A DNA stretch of 64,000 bases from an uncultured Alphaproteobacteria bacterium. Lineage in GTDB: Bacteria; Pseudomonadota; Alphaproteobacteria; Rs-D84. Position 1 is the first letter of the stretch. Every line of letters starts with the position of its first letter. The notes under the pieces are model-generated. The model ran no database searches, was not told where the DNA came from, and was given only the letters and a program-made list of their open reading frames with translations. The translations under genes and the position numbers were made by a program. Below, one piece after another: positions 58,249-64,000 of this stretch. Where the stretch lies: NCBI GenBank assembly GCA_963931495.1, contig OZ007020.1, forward strand, positions 509,880-573,879, written 5' to 3'.

Positions 58249-59370
58249 TCAGAATATATATTTTATGTTAACGCCACCATTCCAACCAGTGCGCCCGCCA
58301 TCATGACGATTTAAGTGCAATGCGATGTTAAATCGGTCAATTGATTTTTCTATGCCGATGCCGTATTCGGCATAATCATCGGAAAACAATTCAGTATATT
58401 TTTCGTTGTTTACAAAAATATCGCCATTATAGTCATATCTGAATACATATTGCAGGCCAATGTATCCAAACCATCCGGCACCAATGTGTTTAATCGCACG
58501 AATTGATGGCGCAACATCAAATATATTAAAGTTAGAATTTGCAATATTGTCGCCAGACGCAGATATATAATCAGCCGACCCAATCCATGTGTATCCGGCA
58601 TAGATGCCCGGCTGGATTGTAAATGTATCATCCAATGGTATATTGTATGTCGCATTTAACGCCGCACCAACCCATGGGGTTGAAAAACCGTCGGTGCCAA
58701 ATTCACTGGATGCATGATTTGACACTGCGCCAATGTTTGCAATAAACGACAGGTTGAAATTTTGTATATTATATCCACTGTACAGTCCAAAGTACCCACC
58801 GTTTTCGTTTATATCAATGGATTCATTGCCTTGCTTGCCACCGAGATATCCACCATAGAATCCCCATTCAGAAATACCGATGCCCCATTGTGCTTCGCCG
58901 CCAGCGACACCGAAACTTAATAAATCATAATTCGTATCCAGTACGTCATAGTTTGAAAATCCGACGTCTTCATCAAAATGTTGCCAATTGAACCACATGC
59001 TGTTCAAGACGGGGCGTGACGCATCGTCACCACCGCTGCGCCCGGTGTCGGGGGTATTCACAGTTCCGTCGTCACCATATTCGCCGTATAAATGCGGGCG
59101 CCCGTACATGGGCAGGGTGCCGTACATATCACGCGCGTTCCCAGATTCAGATGGCATTACGTCAGAACGGGCCATCTTGGCAATTCCGCCCAGTGTTGCG
59201 GCGGCGTTTCCTTCAAATGTGCGCATGGTATTTGTTGCGATTGAATGTTGAATCGCAGCGATGTTATTTGCCGTAATGTAATTTGCATAAATGTGTGGGG
59301 ATGACGCCGACGCATCGTATGCGCACAGAACAAATAATCCAATTGCAATTAATTGTATGTTTTTTTTCAT
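58249..59370 (-). CDS. Outer membrane beta-barrel protein.
   Basis: Signal peptide MKKNIQLIAIGLFVLCAYDASA, a Gly/Tyr-rich beta-strand pattern, and a C-terminal ...NIKYIF. Confidence 0.7.
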   Translation of the reverse strand: MKKNIQLIAIGLFVLCAYDASASSPHIYANYITANNIAAIQHSIATNTMRTFEGNAAATLGGIAKMARSDVMPSESGNARDMYGTLPMYGRPHLYGEYGDDGTVNTPDTGRSGGDDASRPVLNSMWFNWQHFDEDVGFSNYDVLDTNYDLLSFGVAGGEAQWGIGISEWGFYGGYLGGKQGNESIDINENGGYFGLYSGYNIQNFNLSFIANIGAVSNHASSEFGTDGFSTPWVGAALNATYNIPLDDTFTIQPGIYAGYTWIGSADYISASGDNIANSNFNIFDVAPSIRAIKHIGAGWFGYIGLQYVFRYDYNGDIFVNNEKYTELFSDDYAEYGIGIEKSIDRFNIALHLNRHDGGRTGWNGGVNIKYIF

Positions 59371-59493
59371 GCAATTCCCCCGTTTTCATTATTTCTGTAT
59401 AATTATAACATATTTTTTCATATTTCAAAATAATATTGACGCAAAATATATCGGATTTGTTTTTTATTGTATGAATGCCTGGTTTTTATTAAT

Positions 59494-60075
59494 ATGTTGG
59501 TCATGAATGATAAAATTATATTGAACAAGCCAATTGTTATGGTTGGATTGATGGGGGCGGGCAAAACAAGTGTTGGTCGTGCCTTGGCGCGTCGTATCGG
59601 AATTCCATTTGTTGATTCAGATAAAGAAATTGAGGCGGCGGCCGGATGCAGTGTTGTTGACATATTTGCATTGTACGGCGAAAGTGAATTCAGACGCGTG
59701 GAACAACGTGTCATTGCACGTCTGATGGATACGGAACCAAAGTTAAAAGTTATATCTACGGGCGAAGGGGCGTTCATAACCCCGGCGGTGCGAAAAATGG
59801 TGTTGGACGGGGCGGTGTCGGTTTGGCTGAAAGCGGATTTAGAACTGCTTGTAAAAAGGACAAATTTTCGCAATACACGACCGCAATTGTTGCACGCGGA
59901 CAGTCGTAAAATTTTGGCGCAATTAATAGCGGAACGGTACGATATCTATAAATTGGCGAACATCACCGTGGAAACGCGCGATGAAAGTTTGCGTAAAACG
60001 TTGGACAAAGTTATGGATGCGGTATGTGCATATACTAAACAGGAGAGAGAAAAATGTCAAAATTCAAATGGTTAA
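59494..60075 (+). CDS. aroK: Shikimate kinase.
   Basis: It has the Walker A motif VGLMGAGKTSVGR and the shikimate-kinase core (FVDSDKEIE). The start is either ATG 59494 or 59503. Confidence 0.88.
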   Translation: MLVMNDKIILNKPIVMVGLMGAGKTSVGRALARRIGIPFVDSDKEIEAAAGCSVVDIFALYGESEFRRVEQRVIARLMDTEPKLKVISTGEGAFITPAVRKMVLDGAVSVWLKADLELLVKRTNFRNTRPQLLHADSRKILAQLIAERYDIYKLANITVETRDESLRKTLDKVMDAVCAYTKQEREKCQNSNG

Positions 60076-60617
60076 AAGAATTCAAAACTTTTATAGATCG
60101 TGGTAACGCCATTGATATGGCGGTTGGTATTATTGTCGGCAGTGTTATGACCGGAATGGTGAATTCATTGGTCAAAGACATTATTATGCCGCCAATCGGA
60201 TTGATGATTGGGGATGTTGATTTTTCTCAATTTTTTGTCGTTTTGGCGGGTGGCGCACCAGGCGAACATTATAACACTGTGGCCGAGGCCCAGGCGGCGG
60301 GTGCTACTACTATGAATATAGGCGTTTTTTTGAATTCTGTGGTCAGTTTTTTAATCACGATGTTCGCGGTGTTTATACTGGTGCGCGCAATCAATAAAGT
60401 GCGCTCTAAACAAGCGGTTACAACGCGTGTGTGTCCATATTGTAAATCAACGATAAATATCCAGGCAACAAAATGTCCGAACTGTTGTTCCAAATTGGTG
60501 GCGGAAGAGATCGTTCCGCCACAGCCCAGTGACTTGGAACGCGGAATCAAAAATGCGGCAAAAATAGCCAAGGGTCAGATTAAGAAAATTGCAAAGTTGG
60601 GGCGGAAATCGCGGTGA
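60054..60617 (+). CDS. mscL: Large-conductance mechanosensitive channel MscL with a C-terminal Cys4 zinc-ribbon and basic-tail extension.
   Basis: The MscL core is RGNAIDMAVGIIVGSVMTGMVNSLVKDIIMPPIGLMIG. A CPYCKSTINIQATKCPNCC zinc ribbon and a Lys-rich tail follow. At 187 aa it is longer than the usual roughly 136 aa. It overlaps the aroK 3' end by 22 nt and has an AGGAGAG ribosome-binding site. Confidence 0.85.
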   Translation: MSKFKWLKEFKTFIDRGNAIDMAVGIIVGSVMTGMVNSLVKDIIMPPIGLMIGDVDFSQFFVVLAGGAPGEHYNTVAEAQAAGATTMNIGVFLNSVVSFLITMFAVFILVRAINKVRSKQAVTTRVCPYCKSTINIQATKCPNCCSKLVAEEIVPPQPSDLERGIKNAAKIAKGQIKKIAKLGRKSR

Positions 60618-60637
60618 TTTTATTGATACGTACAAAC

Positions 60638-60668
60638 GAAACGGCGGGAAATATCGCCGTTTTTTATT
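60638..60668 (+). terminator. Rho-independent terminator after mscL.
   Basis: Hairpin acggcg-ggaaatat-cgccgt followed by ttttttatt. Confidence 0.7.
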
Positions 60669-62078
60669 ATGGCGGCCATGGTTTTTGTAAAAAAAGTGAA
60701 TTTTGGCGCCCACACGGCGTCGGCGGCGTGCTGTGTGTGTGATGTGTTGCGGCAACGTTTTTTGCGCGTTGTGTGGCGGGCGGGGCGTTGGTTCGTGGTG
60801 AAATAGGGCGCCAGCCGCATTTTTTGTGGTCTGCGCCGGATGGCTGGGCGCGTGGCCGATTGTTTAATGGAAATGTGCGTAGTATGGCGGTTTATTTTAT
60901 ATCACGTGGTGCCGAGGTTGCGCCAAATTTTGTAAAAATTATTTTGTGTTGTTGGGGTTGCGTCACGTATTCAAGTCGTCTTTTTATTGCATAATGTTTC
61001 GTGGATAATTATGACGGTGTGTTTGGGGCGCCGTTATTCATATTTGTATGAAAGTTTTTGCGTGCGTGGCCCATAAAAATTCGGTTTCCGGGCCCGCAGG
61101 GCACACGTAATTGCGGGCATTCACAAAAGGCGCATAATGTATATTATGTATAGTTTTGTGTGTCGGGGGGCAAAATTGTGTATAATGTTTGATTTTATAT
61201 GTGGATTGCGTAAGCATAAATATAAGGCGTTCCGGTAAGTGCAATATAAGTAGTTTTTGTAGATGTACGGATGTTTGTTTTCTGGTTTGGTGCGTGTTGG
61301 CGTGTCAAAGAATTTGGTGGGGTTTGAAGATTATGCGACGGTCGTGTGCGGATGAAAATATATTTATTTGGATTGGATTTGTTTGATGTGTCACGTTGTT
61401 CATGGTGTGTAAAATTTCTTTGCTGTGTTTTGTATTATTGGCGTCTGTATTATTTTTTGTTTGCTGTGACGCAGACAAGCATATAAATATATGTTGAATA
61501 AATTTTATCTGGCTGTTACGCGAGTGAAATTTATTTTATCATGGGGTTTTGGTCGGTGTTGTTTTTAATCCAATTTGTTGTGTGGTTGTGTTTGTGTTCG
61601 GCGGCACTTTTTTTTGCGAATAAATTTTATGTGTTATAAACGTGCAAAAGCATTGATGTTATTTATCAGAATAATATATATAACAAATTGTAATTACGGA
61701 TTATATTAATTATTTGTATTGTTGGTTTTTTATATGTTTTTTGCTGAAAAATACGGGCTGTTATGGTGAAAAAAATGGTTTTTGTGCCCTGCTTTTTGAC
61801 CTAAAAAAAACGTAAAAATGGCGGATTTCTGCGGTTTTGGGGCGTTTTTTGTGGTTTTTGCCCTGCTTTATTGTTGATTTTATGTATAAAATATAAAAAA
61901 TAATATTTTGATTATTCTGAATTTTACACATTGTATAGTTTAGTTGGTTGGACGTGGTTGTGATTTTTGGTGTTAAATGTAGTGATGATTTGCCGGAATG
62001 CATAAAAAGGTGATAAATTAAATAATATATAAAAATAAATAGATATTTGTGTATGTTAAAGTAAATATTTAATGTTTT
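60669..62078. other. A roughly 1.4-kb ORF-poor region with strong G+T enrichment on the plus strand.
   Basis: Only short ORFs (73 and 65 aa) occur, with no ribosome-binding sites or homology. T/G-rich tracts such as gtggttgtgtttgtgttcgg are present. Two near-DnaA-box 9-mers occur (cgtggataa at about 60996 and tgtggattg at about 61200). Confidence 0.5.
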
Positions 62079-62138
62079 TTGTCGTCATTATTTGATAAAA
62101 ATTTGATTTTGTATGTGGGTTGCTGTAGAATTTATGGC

Positions 62139-62849
62139 ATGAGATTAGATTTGGTGTTAGTTTCACGGAAATTGTATTCTACGCGGGCGCGTGCGGTGGC
62201 GGCAATCAAGGCTGGGTTGGTCACTGTTAATGGGAAAATTGCCAAAAAGCCAAGTATGGATGTTGCTGATACAGACATCGTTGTTGGGGGTGAATTACCC
62301 TATTCTGTGGGACGTGGCAGTTTGAAGTTGGCGGCTGCCTTGGATGCGTTTGATGTTAATCCCATGGGATATGTCTGTTTGGATGTTGGTGCCAGTACGG
62401 GCGGTTTTACTGAAACGCTGTTGGGCCGTGGTGCGGCGCGTGTAATCGCGGTAGATGTTGGGACGAATCAATTGGCGGAATCATTGCGTCATGATGCGCG
62501 CGTGACCGTACTGGAACAAACGGACATTCGGTCGTTGCGCCCGATGTGCGCGGTGGATTTGATTGTGGTTGACGTGTCGTTTATTTCACTGACCAATATC
62601 AGCGATGCATTGGCCGCATGGAATGCGCCAAAAATAATTGCGTTGATAAAACCGCAGTTTGAGGTTTCGCGCAGTATTGCCGCCCGTCATGGTGGGGTTA
62701 TTAAAAGTGAATCTGACCGGCAAAATGCGATAAGCATGGTGGGGCAAAACTTTGAAAAAGTGGGCTATAAACAATTGGGTATAATTGAATCGCCGGTTCG
62801 TGGTGGCAGCGGCAACGTGGAATATTTATTGTACTGTGTACGTGGATGA
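62139..62849 (+). CDS. tlyA: TlyA-family rRNA 2'-O-methyltransferase (hemolysin A homolog).
   Basis: It has an N-terminal S4 domain (MRLDLVLVSRKLYSTRARAVAAIKAGLVTVNG) and a SAM motif (CLDVGASTGGFTETLL). The track ORF starts at 62079. Confidence 0.88.
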   Translation: MRLDLVLVSRKLYSTRARAVAAIKAGLVTVNGKIAKKPSMDVADTDIVVGGELPYSVGRGSLKLAAALDAFDVNPMGYVCLDVGASTGGFTETLLGRGAARVIAVDVGTNQLAESLRHDARVTVLEQTDIRSLRPMCAVDLIVVDVSFISLTNISDALAAWNAPKIIALIKPQFEVSRSIAARHGGVIKSESDRQNAISMVGQNFEKVGYKQLGIIESPVRGGSGNVEYLLYCVRG

Positions 62850-62852
62850 AAA

Positions 62853-63869
62853 TCATATCCGTATGTGATGAATTTTAATGCCGAACAGTGTTATTGTATT
62901 TCCGATTACTCGGACAAATGGGATGACTGTTTTGTTTGATTGCTTTTTTCGGTGATAGCGTTGCATGTCGCGTTTCATAAAATCTTCGGGATACAGGTTT
63001 AATTTTTTTGCTGTATTATAAAATCGCGAATATACATCATGTGGTGTGTTTGTGTAATCATATGGTTTTACTGTATAAAAATGCAAAATTGCATAATTGC
63101 CGGCCAAGACATCTTGTTGCCATTGTGTGGGATATTTGATTGAAATCTTTACCCCGGGACCAAAATTGTACCGCAATGGTAAAGACAATATTTTCCCATC
63201 AAATGCCACATTCAGTAAATCTTGATCGGGATATTTTAACTCTATATCGGTCGCCCCGGGTATTAAGTGCCCGTATTCAGTCATTTTTTTTACATTTATT
63301 AACAAAACACCGGAATTAAAATAAATATCATTTTTAAGATATTTTTGTGTAAATTCCGCGACATAAATTCCATTTGGGTTGTGTTGGCTTTCTGTTGGGG
63401 CCATGTCGCGCACTGCGCCCATTACGTAATTTGTGATGTCCACAGAATATAATTCTGACAAGTCGTCGCATACCAAGGTATCAGAATCCAGGTATAATAT
63501 TTTATCGGTGTTGGGAAAAATTCTGTGTGCGAACAGCCGATAGAATATCACGGGACTCCATCGTGAAAAATCATATTTACGAAATGGATTTTCGCTGTGG
63601 CGTATAACGCGCCATGTTAATTTTGTTCCGGGATACTGTTGTATAATTTTTAATATTACTTTTTGTCCGCGTGTGTGTGGCGGAACCATGCAGAAAATGT
63701 GGTACACCGTGTCGTCGCGTTTATTTTCCAACAGTGATAATATTGACACGGCGGCTTGGTCGCAAAATGCGGTATCAAATGCATATAAAATATTTATTTC
63801 AGACATGATAAAAACCAACATAAAAATTTTTGTTTCAGTCGCAGGTATCGTCGCGGAATTTCCCGGCAT
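62853..63869 (-). CDS. Glycosyltransferase family 8 (LPS alpha-1,3-galactosyl/glucosyltransferase-like).
   Basis: It has a GT8 N-terminus (INILYAFDTAFCDQAAVSILSL) and a DxD motif (YLDSDTLVCDDLSELY). The start is probably M22, ATG at 63806. It converges on tlyA with a 3-nt gap. Confidence 0.8.
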   Translation of the reverse strand: MPGNSATIPATETKIFMLVFIMSEINILYAFDTAFCDQAAVSILSLLENKRDDTVYHIFCMVPPHTRGQKVILKIIQQYPGTKLTWRVIRHSENPFRKYDFSRWSPVIFYRLFAHRIFPNTDKILYLDSDTLVCDDLSELYSVDITNYVMGAVRDMAPTESQHNPNGIYVAEFTQKYLKNDIYFNSGVLLINVKKMTEYGHLIPGATDIELKYPDQDLLNVAFDGKILSLPLRYNFGPGVKISIKYPTQWQQDVLAGNYAILHFYTVKPYDYTNTPHDVYSRFYNTAKKLNLYPEDFMKRDMQRYHRKKQSNKTVIPFVRVIGNTITLFGIKIHHIRI

Positions 63870-64000
63870 GATGCAATCAGTGCAGATTTTGCATCTGTTT
63901 GATATTGGCCGAATTTTTTTGGTTTATATATTGTTTCCAGCATCAAATACGTGAACGTGTTTTGGTAAAACATACGCCAGAATACAAAGTCATATTTGTC

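Noticed and set aside
60990-61210. oriC call based on two DnaA-box-like 9-mers.
   Set aside because: Only two imperfect boxes were found. No dnaA, hemE or other origin-linked genes are nearby. It is mentioned in the finding but not called as a feature.
60669-62078. Possibility of a CRISPR array or rRNA fragment in the long non-coding stretch.
   Set aside because: There are no regularly spaced direct repeats and no recognisable 16S or 23S conserved motifs. It is retained only as an unexplained region.

Overview
The window is a gene-dense bacterial chromosomal segment of roughly 43% GC. Gene content is alphaproteobacterium-like (CdnL/CarD, TspO, RodZ, LptB/LptC, BamE, an OmpA-family lipoprotein).

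Housekeeping genes I recognise from their translations: a C-terminal rpsB fragment, tsf, tyrS, an EnvC-like LytM activator, ctpA, pyruvate:ferredoxin oxidoreductase (1168 aa), cdnL, lptB, lptC, eno, ssb, rho, rmlC and rmlD, tspO, ftsB, dus, rodZ, uvrA, rlmE, rnhA, tkt, a YgjP-like hydrolase, hisS, prfA, aroK, mscL, tlyA and a GT8 glycosyltransferase. There are two tRNAs: tRNA-Pro(UGG) on the plus strand and tRNA-Arg(UCU) on the minus strand.

Between these lies a large accessory load of secreted, repetitive or eukaryotic-like proteins:
- a 2067-aa autotransporter, followed with an ATGA overlap by a cysteine-rich protein with ephrin-receptor-like (CxxCPxGS) repeats;
- a 970-aa secreted protein carrying 7 near-identical 90-bp tandem repeats plus a glycine-zipper segment;
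- a YopM/IpaH-type bacterial LRR protein;
- a 1004-aa protein built from PKD-like domains and 31-residue BspA-type LRR arrays, with a large internal duplication;
- a protein carrying phage-tail-fibre-like repeats.

The 5.8-kb segment bracketed by the two tRNAs carries a GNAT acetyltransferase, two uncharacterised proteins and rmlC/rmlD. One of the uncharacterised proteins carries an HGS / FA..KNY / YxE motif set reminiscent of H-Y-E (PARP or diphtheria-toxin class) ADP-ribosyltransferases.

Other oddities:
- an APH-family kinase split by a frameshift in a T8/A8 homopolymer, next to a Fic-fold protein whose catalytic His is replaced by Gln;
- an IS200/IS605 tnpA remnant with a frameshift in an A7 run;
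- a stand-alone SRP54 (Ffh) M-domain ORF, tightly coupled to two tandem paralogous 91-aa proteins and rlmE;
- an MscL with a C-terminal Cys4 zinc-ribbon extension;
- an orphan divergent ClpP-like peptidase;
- a 1.45-kb ORF-poor stretch with strong G+T bias on the plus strand.

No CRISPR array, integrase or obvious prophage was seen. Domain calls rest on motif recognition by eye; no database search was possible.
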